Shown here one piece after another: positions 18,388 to 27,687 of a stretch of DNA of 64,000 nucleotides (within the stretch, counting starts at the first letter, position 1; each line of letters opens with the position of its first letter). The notes under the pieces were generated by a model. The model was not told the DNA's origin, did no database searches, and saw nothing but the letters and a program-made list of their open reading frames with translations. The position numbers were made by a program, and so were the translations under genes. Source of the stretch: an uncultured Planctomycetales bacterium (GTDB taxonomy: Bacteria > Omnitrophota > Gorgyraeia > Zapsychrales > JAHFFX01); assembly GCA_964372915.1 (NCBI GenBank), contig CAYJRN010000002.1, forward strand, positions 65,409-129,408. The letters are read 5' to 3'.

Positions 18388-20199
18388 ATGGCAAAACGAA
18401 AATTGAAGAAAAGAAAAAAGTTGGGCGGCAGGGCTTCCCGAAAGATTTTCAGAAGGGCTTCCCGAAAGACTTCCAGAAGGGCTTCCAGGAAGATTCCCAG
18501 AAAGATTTCCAAAAAGATTTTTAGAAGGATTCCCAGAAAGATTTATAGAACAGTTTCCAAGAAGAGGAGAACCGTCCGAAAGCTCCGAAAAACTTCGAGC
18601 CCGCGGCTGTGGCTCAGGTCGACGGTGACCTCGAACGCCACAACCCTCAAAGGTCCGCGCTATAAAGAGGTGGTCCTGGTTCTTGATTTCGGTTCGCAGT
18701 ACACCCAGCTCATTGCCCGTCGGGTGCGCGAAAGCAAAGTCTTCAGTAAGATCGTCCCCTACAACATCACCCCGGAACAAGTCACGGAAATAGGCGCCAA
18801 GGGCCTTATCTTTTCCGGTGGCCCGATGAGCGTCTACGATAAAGGCGCTCCCCTGCCCAACAAAGGGCTTTTCAAGCTTGGAATTCCCATTCTAGGGATT
18901 TGCTACGGTATGCAGGCCTTGACCGAGATCTATGGCGGCAAAGTGGATAAAAGCAAAGAACGGGAATTCGGCAGCGCCGAATTGTTCGTTGACAGCAACC
19001 GGGATTTGTTTGTGAATCTGCCGACCAACCTCACCTGTTGGATGAGTCACGGGGATTCCATCAAAAAACTTCCCGAAGGATTTGTTGCGATCGCCCACAC
19101 GCTCAACGCCCCCATTGCGGCGATTGCCAACCGCGCCAAGAAAATTTACGGCGTCCAATTCCATCCCGAGGTTGCTCACACGCAGCGGGGAGGCCAGATC
19201 CTAGTCAACTTTCTCTTTCAGATTTGTGGATGTCTGCCCCGCTGGACCATGGATAAATTCATCCATTCCACCATCAAGAATATGAAAGAAGTGGTGGCCC
19301 GTAAAAAAGTGGTGCTGGGGTTAAGCGGGGGAGTGGATTCTTCGGTCACGGCCATGCTCATCCAGCAGTCGCTGGGCAAACAACTGCACTGCATTTTCGT
19401 CGACAACGGTTTGCTGCGCAAAAATGAAGTGGCCTCGGTGGAGAGAACCTTCAAGGGCAACTTCAAAATGAACCTGACGGTCGTGGATGCCCAAAAAAGA
19501 TTTTTGACGCGGCTTAAAGGTGTCGAGGACCCGGAAGAGAAACGCAAAATCATCGGCGATGAGTTCATCAAAGTGTTCCAGGACACGGCCAAGAAAATCA
19601 AAAATGTTGATTTTCTGGCCCAGGGGACCTTGTATCCGGACGTCATCGAGTCTTTTTCTCCCATCGGCGGGCCTTCGGCCGTCATCAAGAGTCATCACAA
19701 CGTCGGGGGCTTGCCTAAAAACATGAAATTTAAGCTTGTCGAACCCTTGCGCGAACTTTTCAAAGATGAGGTGCGTCAGATCGGCAAAAGTTTAGGCCTC
19801 CCCGAAGCGGTCCTCAAACGTCAGCCGTTCCCGGGGCCGGGCTTGGCCATTCGCGTGATCGGCGAAGTCACCGAAGAACGCCTCAACATCTTAAGGGAGG
19901 CCGATGAGATCGTCCTCGATGAAATCAAAAAGGCCAACCTGTACCATGAGGTCTGGCAATCGTTCGCGGTGCTTTTGCCCATCAAGACCGTGGGGGTCAT
20001 GGGCGATCAGAGGACTTACGAGAACGTCATTGCCATCCGCTGTGTCAGCAGCGTCGATGGGATGACCGCCGACTGGGTCAAGTTGCCCTATGAGCTTTTA
20101 GGAAAAATGGCCAACCGCATCATCAACCAGGTCCGCGGCGTCAACCGCGTCGTCTATGATGTTAGCTCTAAACCCCCTGCGACTATAGAATGGGAATAA
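18388..20199 (+). CDS. guaA: GMP synthase (glutamine-hydrolysing) with an about 94-aa Lys/Arg-rich repeat-containing N-terminal extension
   Basis: Canonical GuaA begins at [21 protein letters not shown] (aa 95). Downstream are the GATase domain, ATP-PPase SGGVDSS motif and C-terminal dimerisation domain. There is no in-frame stop between ATG 18388 and the catalytic domain. Confidence 0.85.
   Translation: MAKRKLKKRKKLGGRASRKIFRRASRKTSRRASRKIPRKISKKIFRRIPRKIYRTVSKKRRTVRKLRKTSSPRLWLRSTVTSNATTLKGPRYKEVVLVLDFGSQYTQLIARRVRESKVFSKIVPYNITPEQVTEIGAKGLIFSGGPMSVYDKGAPLPNKGLFKLGIPILGICYGMQALTEIYGGKVDKSKEREFGSAELFVDSNRDLFVNLPTNLTCWMSHGDSIKKLPEGFVAIAHTLNAPIAAIANRAKKIYGVQFHPEVAHTQRGGQILVNFLFQICGCLPRWTMDKFIHSTIKNMKEVVARKKVVLGLSGGVDSSVTAMLIQQSLGKQLHCIFVDNGLLRKNEVASVERTFKGNFKMNLTVVDAQKRFLTRLKGVEDPEEKRKIIGDEFIKVFQDTAKKIKNVDFLAQGTLYPDVIESFSPIGGPSAVIKSHHNVGGLPKNMKFKLVEPLRELFKDEVRQIGKSLGLPEAVLKRQPFPGPGLAIRVIGEVTEERLNILREADEIVLDEIKKANLYHEVWQSFAVLLPIKTVGVMGDQRTYENVIAIRCVSSVDGMTADWVKLPYELLGKMANRIINQVRGVNRVVYDVSSKPPATIEWE
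18430..18549 (+). repeat. Five tandem 24-nt repeats (agaagggcttcccgaaagattttc-like) encoding (R/K)ASRKI.R octapeptides in frame with guaA
   Basis: Direct reading of the sequence: ggcttcccgaaagattttcagaa / gggcttcccgaaagacttccagaa / gggcttccaggaagattcccagaa / agatttccaaaaagatttttagaa / ggattcccagaaagatttatagaa. Confidence 0.8.
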
Positions 20200-20320
20200 T
20201 GTCTGGGGTTTAGACAATCCCCACTCGTGTCATGTCTGGGGACAGCTCGAAGCCTCCCGCAACGATAGAATGGGAATAAGCCCGTAGGGGCACGGCATGC
20301 CGTGTCCCTACAGTTTCACC

Positions 20321-23300
20321 ATGAACTACCACTCCGATTTCGTCCACCTGCACGTTCACACGCAATACAGTCTTCTCGACGGAGCCTGCCGCATCAAAGA
20401 GCTCATCCAAAAAGCCGCCGAATATAAAATGCCGGCACTGGGCATGACCGATCATGGTAACATGTTTGGCGCCATCGATTTTTACCAGACGGCCGTGAAG
20501 TGCGGCGTCAAACCCATCATCGGCTGTGAGGCCTATATCGCGCCGGGGAGCCGTTTCGATAAAAGTGCCGGCAAAGGGGGAGGATCCTCGCATCTGGTTT
20601 TATTTTCGCGCGATGAGGTTGGTTACAAGAATTTGATGAAGCTTGTTTCCTTAGGGTATCTCGAAGGGTTCTATTATCGTCCGCGCATGGACAAAGAAAT
20701 TCTGGCGCAATATGCAGAAGGACTTCTGGGCACTTCCGCGTGTTTACGCGGTGAAATTGCCTGGAATATCCGGCAAGGCAATACCGCGGCGGCCTTAAAG
20801 GCCGCCGATGAGTTCCACAATATTTTCGGTAAAGGAAATTTTTATCTGGAACTCATGGAAAATGGTCTCGCCGACCAGAAAATCGTCAACGAAGGACTTC
20901 TCAATATTTCCAAGGACCTTAACCTGCCGTTGGTCGCGACCAACGACGTTCATTATCTGGAAAAATCCCAATCCATGGCCCACGAAGCGCTTCTGTGTAT
21001 CCAGACGCAAACGACCCTCGATGACCCCAACCGCATGCGTCTAAAAACCGAAGAATTTTATTTCAAAGATCCGAGCCTAATGAAGGAGATGTTCAGCTGG
21101 TGCCCGAAGGCTATTGCCAATACGCTTGAGATCGCGGATAAGTGCAATCTGGAACTGCAATTCGACAAGATCCATCTGCCGCGTTACGAAGCGCCCGTCG
21201 GCATTTCCAAAGAGGATTACCTCAAAGAGTTGTGCTTAGAAGGCATCAAGGAGCGTTACGGCACGCCGTCTTTTGAAATCAATGAGCGCCTGGAACATGA
21301 GCTCGCGGTCATCAACAAGATGGGATTTGGCAGTTATTTCCTCATCGTTTGGGATTTTATCCATTATGCCAAACAAAACGGGATTCCCGTCGGGCCGGGA
21401 AGGGGTTCCGCCGCCGGAAGCCTGGTAAGCTATTGTTTGGGAATCACGGATTTGGATCCTTTGAAGTACGGATTACTGTTTGAGCGGTTTCTTAACCCGG
21501 AACGCCTGGGGATGCCGGATATCGACATTGATTTTTGTTTCGAACGCAGAGGCGAGGTCATCAATTACGTCACCAACAAGTACGGCAAGGACAACGTCGC
21601 CCAGATTATTACCTTCGGAACGATGCAGGCGCGCGCGGCCATCCGCGATGTCGGACGCGTCATGGGAATGCCGTACCCGGACGTCGATAAAATCGCCAAA
21701 TTGATTCCCCCGGATCCCAACATCAATATCACCGAAGCCCTTAAAATCGAGCCGCAGTTGGCGCAGATATATAAACAGGATGAGAAGGCGGCCCGGCTCA
21801 TGGATACCGCCAAAGTTTTGGAAGGATTAAGCCGCCACGCCTCCATCCACGCGGCGGGGGTCGTTATTTCGGACAAACCGTTGAATGAATACGTGCCGCT
21901 TTTTAAATCGACGGACGGCCAGATCACGACGGGGTTTTCCATGGACGGGATCGCCAAGATCGGACTTCTCAAAATGGATTTCTTGGGGCTAAGGACCTTG
22001 ACCGTCATCAGCGAGACCATCAAGCTCATTAAGAAAAAGCGCAACATCGATCTGGATATCAACAAGATCCCGCTCGATGACAAAAAAACCTACGCGCTTT
22101 TGGGCCAGGCCAACGCGTTCGGCATCTTCCAGCTGGAAAGTTCCGGCATGCGCGATCTTCTCAAGCGTATTCGACCGACGCAATTTGAAGATCTCATTTC
22201 CATTTTGGCGCTGTATCGTCCCGGGCCCATCGGTTCGGGGATGCTCGATGATTTTATCAAACGAAAAAAAGGCGAAGTCCAAGTCAGGTACGATCATCCA
22301 AAACTCGAGTCGGTTCTTAAAGAGACCTACGGGATCATCGTTTATCAGGAACAGGTTATGCAGATGGCGAGCGTCCTGGCCGGCTTCTCGATGACGCAGG
22401 CCGATCACCTCCGTCGAGCCATGAGCAAGAAGAATCCCTCCGAGATGGATACCATGCGCAAGGCTTTTGTGGAAGGGTGTCAAAAGGCCAACGCCATTAA
22501 AGAAGAATTGGCCAACAAACTGTTTGATCTCATCGATTATTTTTCGGGTTACGGTTTTAATCGCAGCCACAGCGCGGCGTACGCGCTCATCTCTTACCGG
22601 ACGGCGTATTTGAAAGCGAATTATCCGGTGGAATTTATGTGCGCGCTTTTGACCAGTGAAAAAGACAACACCGATAAGGTCGTGGAATACGTGAAGGAAT
22701 CCGCCGCGATGGGCTTGAGGATCTTGCCGCCGGATGTGAACGCGAGTCTTGCGCCCTTTGACGTGGTGGACGAGCGCTCCATCCGGTTTGGATTGATGGC
22801 GGTCAAGAACGTCGGGGCCGGGACCATCGAATCCATCGTTGAAAAACGTAAAGACGGCCCCTTTCAATCGATTTTTGATTTCTGTCAGCGCGTGGATTTG
22901 CGGCTCACGAACCGAAAAGTGATCGAAAGCCTCATCAAGTGCGGGGCCTTGGACTGTTTTAAGTCGGCGCGCGCCTCGATGATGGCGGCCCTCGATCCGG
23001 CCATGGGACAAGGGGCGAAAACCCAAAAAGAAAAATCTTCGGGTCAATTCTCTTTTTTTGATGGGAACATGGACAATGGATTCAAACCGGGAGACAAAGA
23101 ATTGCCGGAACTGAAGGAATGGTCCCAATCCCAAATCCTTGCTTTTGAAAAAGAAGTGTTAGGGTTTTACGTGAGCGGTCACCCCTTGGCGCATTATAAA
23201 GTGGAGATCAAGGAGTTCGCCGATTACTCGACGTCCAAATTGAGACTTGCGACCGACGGGCAGGAAGTCAAGGTCGTGGGATTGCTCAATACCGTTAAAC

Positions 23301-23755
23301 TCACCACCACCCGCAAGACCAATGAGCGTATGGCGATTTGTAAGCTGGAAGACTTAGACGGCGCCGTGGAAGTGTTGGTTTTTCCATCGACCTATCCAAC
23401 GGTGGCTGCCATTCTTAAAGAAGGGGATGTGGTGTTGGTCAAGGGCCGGATCAGCCTGCGGGAAGAATCGCCCAAAATCATCGCCGGCGACATCAAGCCC
23501 ATTGATGAAGTTTATAAAGCGATCAAATCCATCAATGTGGATTTAAGCGCCGTGGGGGAAGAGGCCTTAAAGAGCCTCAAGGAAAAACTTTTGCTTTATC
23601 CGGGCAAGGTTCCGGTGTACTTGAGTTTGGACACCAAGTCTTATAAAAGCGTGCAGATCCTCGTTGGCGAAGATCTTTATGTGTCTGTGACCGAGCCCCT
23701 CATGGAAGATCTTAAAAGCCTGCTGGGCGAAGACCGGTTTTCGCTCAAGGTTTGA
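20321..23755 (+). CDS. dnaE: DNA polymerase III subunit alpha
   Basis: PHP domain N-terminus FVHLHVHTQYSLLDG, polymerase core and OB-fold. ATG 20321 chosen; the upstream in-frame ATG at 20297 is an alternative. Confidence 0.9.
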   Translation: MNYHSDFVHLHVHTQYSLLDGACRIKELIQKAAEYKMPALGMTDHGNMFGAIDFYQTAVKCGVKPIIGCEAYIAPGSRFDKSAGKGGGSSHLVLFSRDEVGYKNLMKLVSLGYLEGFYYRPRMDKEILAQYAEGLLGTSACLRGEIAWNIRQGNTAAALKAADEFHNIFGKGNFYLELMENGLADQKIVNEGLLNISKDLNLPLVATNDVHYLEKSQSMAHEALLCIQTQTTLDDPNRMRLKTEEFYFKDPSLMKEMFSWCPKAIANTLEIADKCNLELQFDKIHLPRYEAPVGISKEDYLKELCLEGIKERYGTPSFEINERLEHELAVINKMGFGSYFLIVWDFIHYAKQNGIPVGPGRGSAAGSLVSYCLGITDLDPLKYGLLFERFLNPERLGMPDIDIDFCFERRGEVINYVTNKYGKDNVAQIITFGTMQARAAIRDVGRVMGMPYPDVDKIAKLIPPDPNINITEALKIEPQLAQIYKQDEKAARLMDTAKVLEGLSRHASIHAAGVVISDKPLNEYVPLFKSTDGQITTGFSMDGIAKIGLLKMDFLGLRTLTVISETIKLIKKKRNIDLDINKIPLDDKKTYALLGQANAFGIFQLESSGMRDLLKRIRPTQFEDLISILALYRPGPIGSGMLDDFIKRKKGEVQVRYDHPKLESVLKETYGIIVYQEQVMQMASVLAGFSMTQADHLRRAMSKKNPSEMDTMRKAFVEGCQKANAIKEELANKLFDLIDYFSGYGFNRSHSAAYALISYRTAYLKANYPVEFMCALLTSEKDNTDKVVEYVKESAAMGLRILPPDVNASLAPFDVVDERSIRFGLMAVKNVGAGTIESIVEKRKDGPFQSIFDFCQRVDLRLTNRKVIESLIKCGALDCFKSARASMMAALDPAMGQGAKTQKEKSSGQFSFFDGNMDNGFKPGDKELPELKEWSQSQILAFEKEVLGFYVSGHPLAHYKVEIKEFADYSTSKLRLATDGQEVKVVGLLNTVKLTTTRKTNERMAICKLEDLDGAVEVLVFPSTYPTVAAILKEGDVVLVKGRISLREESPKIIAGDIKPIDEVYKAIKSINVDLSAVGEEALKSLKEKLLLYPGKVPVYLSLDTKSYKSVQILVGEDLYVSVTEPLMEDLKSLLGEDRFSLKV

Positions 23756-23878
23756 TTTAAAAGGTCCAAAAAGTTTTGTCAGGGGACGCCCTTCAAGGGC
23801 GTCCACCCCACCGTTGGCGGAATGGGAATGTATTGCTCGTAAAATTCTCCAAATCATAGAGATACAGTGAATTTCCCC

Positions 23879-23907
23879 TTGACAGTAAAGGGGTTATTGA
23901 CTATACT
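23879..23907 (+). promoter_or_regulatory. Sigma70-like promoter (TTGACA - 17 nt - TATACT) upstream of the HU/IHF gene
   Basis: Consensus -35, 17-nt spacer and a good -10. RBS GAGGAGG precedes ATG 24001. Confidence 0.45.
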
Positions 23908-24000
23908 TCTCTACAAGTTCTTCAGGAAATTTTTTACTGACTTTCTCTGATAACATTATTAAGGAAAAGGCTAGTAGAATGTGGTGTAAATGAGGAGGTA

Positions 24001-24279
24001 ATGGGAATGACCAAGAAAGACATCGTGTTGAAAATTACGGACATGACCGGCATTAAGCAAGTCGATGTCAAAAGGATTGTCCAAAAGACTTTTGATGTGA
24101 TTGTGGAGAGTTTGATCAGAAACGAGAAGGTTGAGCTTAGAAATTTTGGGGTCTTTAAGATCAAGGAGCGCCGGGCCAGGTTCGGCCGTAACCCGCGCAC
24201 GGGCCAAAGCGTTCCCGTCCCGCCCCGCAAGGTGGCTGTTTTTAAGCCCGGCTTGGAAATGAAGCAGAGGATTAAGTAA
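24001..24279 (+). CDS. HU/IHF family DNA-binding protein (IHF beta-like)
   Basis: 92 aa with HU-fold motifs (GFGKF-like NFGVFKIKERRARFGRNPRTGQSV.VP.RKV..FKPG). Confidence 0.8.
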   Translation: MGMTKKDIVLKITDMTGIKQVDVKRIVQKTFDVIVESLIRNEKVELRNFGVFKIKERRARFGRNPRTGQSVPVPPRKVAVFKPGLEMKQRIK

Positions 24280-24406
24280 GATTCCCACTACCTTAAGAAA
24301 TAGTGAAGGTTTTAAAAAGTAAAAATAAGGCCCCCACAGCTCCGCTGCTTGTTTGCACAAGCAAACAGCGGAGCAAGACGCGGGGGCCTTCAAGCTGAAT
24401 ACGGCT

Positions 24407-25714
24407 ATGAAGAAAAAATTTTCCGTCGCTCGAGGCACAAACGATATCCTCCCAGAAGAAGTATCCCGCTGGCAGACCCTTGAGAAAAAAGCCCACGAGA
24501 TTTTTCGAATTTACGGATACAAAGAAATCCGCACGCCGATTTTTGAGGAGACAGCGTTATTTGCCCGTTCTTTAGGGCCGACCAGTGATGTTGTACAAAA
24601 GCAAATGCTGACGCTGGCAAAAAGCGGCCAAGGAGATGAGGAAGATAAAAATATTTTTTCATTGCGGCCGGAAGGCACGGCCTCCATCGTGCGTTCTTAC
24701 ATTGAGAACAGCGTCGATAAAAAAGAAAGTTTAACGAAGCTCTATTACATCGGAGCGATGTTCCGCGGCGAGCGGCCACAAAAGGGGCGCCTGCGTCAAT
24801 TCCATCAAATTGGCGTGGAGGCAATTGGCCCCGGCTCTTCAAATTCTTATTTAGATGCCGAGGTGATCACTCTTGCCGTCCGCCTTTTAAGCGAGGCCGG
24901 CATCAAAACGTTCAAACTCAAAATCAATAGTTTGGGGGCGCCGGGCGACAAAGAAATCTTTGCCGGCATTTTAAGAGAGAAACTTAAAAGCCATTTGAAT
25001 CATTTGTGCGAGGACTGCAAAGACCGTTTTGAACGAAACATTTTTCGGATCCTCGATTGCAAGAATAAAGAATGCGAAAAAGTTGTGGAGCATTTGGACT
25101 TGGGCCAGTCTCATCTTTCCCAAGAGAGTCAAAAATATTTCAAGGAAGTTCAACAGGCGCTTAAAGTCCTTAAGATTCCTTTCGAAGTTTCGCCGCTCCT
25201 GGTCCGCGGTTTGGACTACTACACGCACACGGTGTTTGAGATTTCTGGTGAAGGTTTAGGCAGTCAGGACGCGCTGGGCGCCGGCGGCCGGTACAATCAG
25301 CTTGTCCATGAATTGGGCGGCGATGAGAAAGGCACTATCGGCGCCGTCGGATTCGCGCTGGGAATGGAACGGATTCTTATGGCCACTGGGGAGCGAACGA
25401 CGAACAACGAACGACGAACGACGAATTTAGATGTTTTCATCGTCTCGCTTGATGCGGTCGGCGAAAAAAAGGCCTACGAAGCCGCCTTCAAGCTTTTGAA
25501 CGACTTGCGCGCCGGCGACGTTGCCGCCGATATGAGTTATGCCCAAGGATCGATGAAAAGTCAGATGCGACTGGCCGATAAAACGGGTAGCCGGTATTGT
25601 CTGATCATCGGTGAAGATGAGCTCAAGGAAGGCGCTTACACGCTTAAGGACATGCGGTCTGGCGATCAGAAGAAAGTAAAACTGGAAAATATCATCAAGA
25701 CGATAAAAGGATAG
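24407..25714 (+). CDS. hisS: Histidine--tRNA ligase
   Basis: Class II aaRS motifs, HisA/HisB regions and C-terminal anticodon-binding domain. Contains an in-frame 2 x 18-nt tandem repeat (ERTTNN ERRTTN) at 25391-25426. Confidence 0.85.
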   Translation: MKKKFSVARGTNDILPEEVSRWQTLEKKAHEIFRIYGYKEIRTPIFEETALFARSLGPTSDVVQKQMLTLAKSGQGDEEDKNIFSLRPEGTASIVRSYIENSVDKKESLTKLYYIGAMFRGERPQKGRLRQFHQIGVEAIGPGSSNSYLDAEVITLAVRLLSEAGIKTFKLKINSLGAPGDKEIFAGILREKLKSHLNHLCEDCKDRFERNIFRILDCKNKECEKVVEHLDLGQSHLSQESQKYFKEVQQALKVLKIPFEVSPLLVRGLDYYTHTVFEISGEGLGSQDALGAGGRYNQLVHELGGDEKGTIGAVGFALGMERILMATGERTTNNERRTTNLDVFIVSLDAVGEKKAYEAAFKLLNDLRAGDVAADMSYAQGSMKSQMRLADKTGSRYCLIIGEDELKEGAYTLKDMRSGDQKKVKLENIIKTIKG

Positions 25715-25720
25715 CAACAC

Positions 25721-27103
25721 ATGCTGCGCACACATACCTGCGGCGAATTAAACACGACCCATAAAGATCAAGAAGTCACTTTATGCGGCTGGGTGCATCG
25801 CCGCCGAGATCATGGAAAATTGATCTTCATCGACTTAAGAGACCGCTACGGGCTCACGCAAGTGGTGTTTGTCCCTTCCCTGGGCCCCGAGGCGCATAAA
25901 GTGGCGCAAGGGTTGGGCCCGGAATTCGTCGTGCGCTTGACCGGCAAGATCGGCATCCGCCCCAAGAATAACATCAACCCGAACCTGCCTACGGGAGAAG
26001 TGGAGCTCGCCGCCACCAAGCTTGAGATCCTCAACCCCGCCAAGGTCCCGGTCTTTGAGATCGATGACAACGTTCAGGTCTCGGAAGAGATCACGCTCGA
26101 ATACCGCTATCTTGATATCCGTCGCTCGAAGATCTTGAACGCGCTTAAGGTCCGTCACAAACTTTGCTCGACGATTCGAAGTTTTTTTAACCGTGAAGGG
26201 TTCATGGAAATTGAGACACCGGTGCTGACCAAGTCTACCCCCGAAGGCGCGCGCGACTTTTTGGTACCCTCGCGCCTTAAGACAGGCGAATTTTTTGCCC
26301 TGCCGCAATCCCCACAACTTTTCAAACAGATTTTGATGGTCTCGGGTATTGACAAGTATTTTCAAATCGTCAAATGTTTCCGCGATGAAGACCTGCGTGC
26401 CGATCGCCAGCCGGAATTCACCCAAATCGATATGGAGATGTCCTTCATCGAGGAAGAAGACATTTACGCTTTGACCGAGCGGATGTACAAGGAAATCTTC
26501 AAGGAGGTCAAAGGAATAGATCTTCCCGCGCCGTTTCCCAGGATGACCCACGCCGAAGCGATGGCGAAGTACAAGAGCGATAAACCCGATATCCGTCAAG
26601 CCGGCCAGGAGTACGCCTTCGTTTGGATTGTCGACTTCCCGCTTTTTAAATACAACCAAGAAGAAAAGCGCTGGGACAGCGAACATCATCCGTTTACCTC
26701 CGTCAAGCCCGATGACAGGGAGGCTTTTGAAAAAGGGCAGTTGGAAAAGGTGCGGGCGCGCTCCTATGATCTGGTGTTAAACGGCAATGAGATTGGCAGC
26801 GGTTCCATCCGTATCCATGACAGCGCGATGCAGCAGAAAATTTTTGATATTTTGGGATTGGGAAAAGAAGAAGCGCGCAAGCGCTTTGGGTTTCTTTTGA
26901 AGGCCTTCCAGTATGGAGCGCCCCCGCATGGCGGGGTGGCCTATGGCATTGACCGTTTGACGGCCATTCTCTGCGGACTCGATTCGATTCGCGACACGAT
27001 CGCTTTTCCAAAAACCCAGAGCGGAAGTTGTCTGTTAACCGATGCTCCATCGGAAGTGGATGCCAAACAGTTAAAAGAGTTAGGATTATCTGTACGAAAG
27101 TGA
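25721..27103 (+). CDS. aspS: Aspartate--tRNA ligase, bacterial-type core but lacking the GAD insertion domain (460 aa)
   Basis: N-terminus MLRTHTCGELN...VTLCGWVHRRRDHGKLIFIDLRDRYG. Motif 2 is QSPQLFKQILMVSGIDKYFQIVKCFRDEDLRADRQPEFTQIDMEMSF. The sequence then passes directly from KSDKPDIRQ to WIVDFPLF...HHPFTS, the segments that flank the roughly 130-aa GAD domain in E. coli AspRS. Confidence 0.8.
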   Translation: MLRTHTCGELNTTHKDQEVTLCGWVHRRRDHGKLIFIDLRDRYGLTQVVFVPSLGPEAHKVAQGLGPEFVVRLTGKIGIRPKNNINPNLPTGEVELAATKLEILNPAKVPVFEIDDNVQVSEEITLEYRYLDIRRSKILNALKVRHKLCSTIRSFFNREGFMEIETPVLTKSTPEGARDFLVPSRLKTGEFFALPQSPQLFKQILMVSGIDKYFQIVKCFRDEDLRADRQPEFTQIDMEMSFIEEEDIYALTERMYKEIFKEVKGIDLPAPFPRMTHAEAMAKYKSDKPDIRQAGQEYAFVWIVDFPLFKYNQEEKRWDSEHHPFTSVKPDDREAFEKGQLEKVRARSYDLVLNGNEIGSGSIRIHDSAMQQKIFDILGLGKEEARKRFGFLLKAFQYGAPPHGGVAYGIDRLTAILCGLDSIRDTIAFPKTQSGSCLLTDAPSEVDAKQLKELGLSVRK

Positions 27104-27110
27104 GGTTGTT

Positions 27111-27641
27111 ATGTCTCATAAAATTCTGGTAGGGTTGCTGATGGGATCTCTCATTGGCGTTCTTTCCGGTTGCTGGCTTCATGCGCGGATGTATTCCCAG
27201 GATCGAGCGAGGGTTGATCAGGAACTTCCTGCCGGGACTCCGACGGAAGGGCGCAAGCTTACCCGTAAGGTGTATTTCCTTGAAATCATCAAGGACGTGC
27301 CGCAAGAGAAGCAAAAGAAGACAGAGGCAGCAGCCAAGCCCCAGGAAGCTCAAGCGCAGCAACCTCCCCAACCCTCTCAACCCGTCGATCAGAATTTACC
27401 CTGGAGCGCGATACCGTCAACTGCTCCGACACCTTCGTCCCCGGCGAGCGAGTCGTCGGTACCAAACGTTCAATTGCCCACGACCTACACCATTGAAAAG
27501 GACGACACGCTGCAGTCGATCGCGAAAAAATTTTATAATTCCCATGGGAAGTGGACCAAGATTTATGATGCCAACCGGGACAAGATTCCGGACCCTAACC
27601 GGATTAAGGCCGGTACCGTGATAGCGATCCCTCAATTATAG
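27111..27641 (+). CDS. Lipoprotein with Pro/Gln-rich linker and C-terminal LysM domain
   Basis: Lipobox LSGC. LysM consensus YTIEKDDTLQSIAKKFY...W..I...N......I..G..I.IP. Confidence 0.6.
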   Translation: MSHKILVGLLMGSLIGVLSGCWLHARMYSQDRARVDQELPAGTPTEGRKLTRKVYFLEIIKDVPQEKQKKTEAAAKPQEAQAQQPPQPSQPVDQNLPWSAIPSTAPTPSSPASESSVPNVQLPTTYTIEKDDTLQSIAKKFYNSHGKWTKIYDANRDKIPDPNRIKAGTVIAIPQL

Positions 27642-27687
27642 ATAAAGATAAAAGTAGGCCTACACTACCGGTAGGCCTAGAGAAGTT

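Noticed and set aside
18430-18549. 24-nt tandem repeats as a possible CRISPR-like array
   Set aside because: The repeats are directly adjacent with no spacers, are perfectly in frame with guaA, and are only 24 nt long. This is a coding tandem repeat or minisatellite, not CRISPR.
17725-18780. 351-aa minus-strand ORF with GNLSG/SPSG repeats antisense to guaB-like and guaA
   Set aside because: It is antisense to two well-supported genes. Its repeats are simply the reverse complement of the guaA 24-nt tandem repeat. There is no independent support.
21989-23134. 381-aa minus-strand ORF inside dnaE
   Set aside because: Antisense to dnaE. Arg/Gly/His-rich low-complexity translation typical of spurious frames.
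25835-26689. 284-aa minus-strand ORF inside aspS
   Set aside because: Antisense to the tRNA-ligase catalytic domain. No motifs.
27154-27621. 155-aa Arg/Pro-rich ORF overlapping the LysM lipoprotein gene
   Set aside because: An alternative frame. The LysM-frame translation has a lipobox and a clear LysM domain, and this frame has none.
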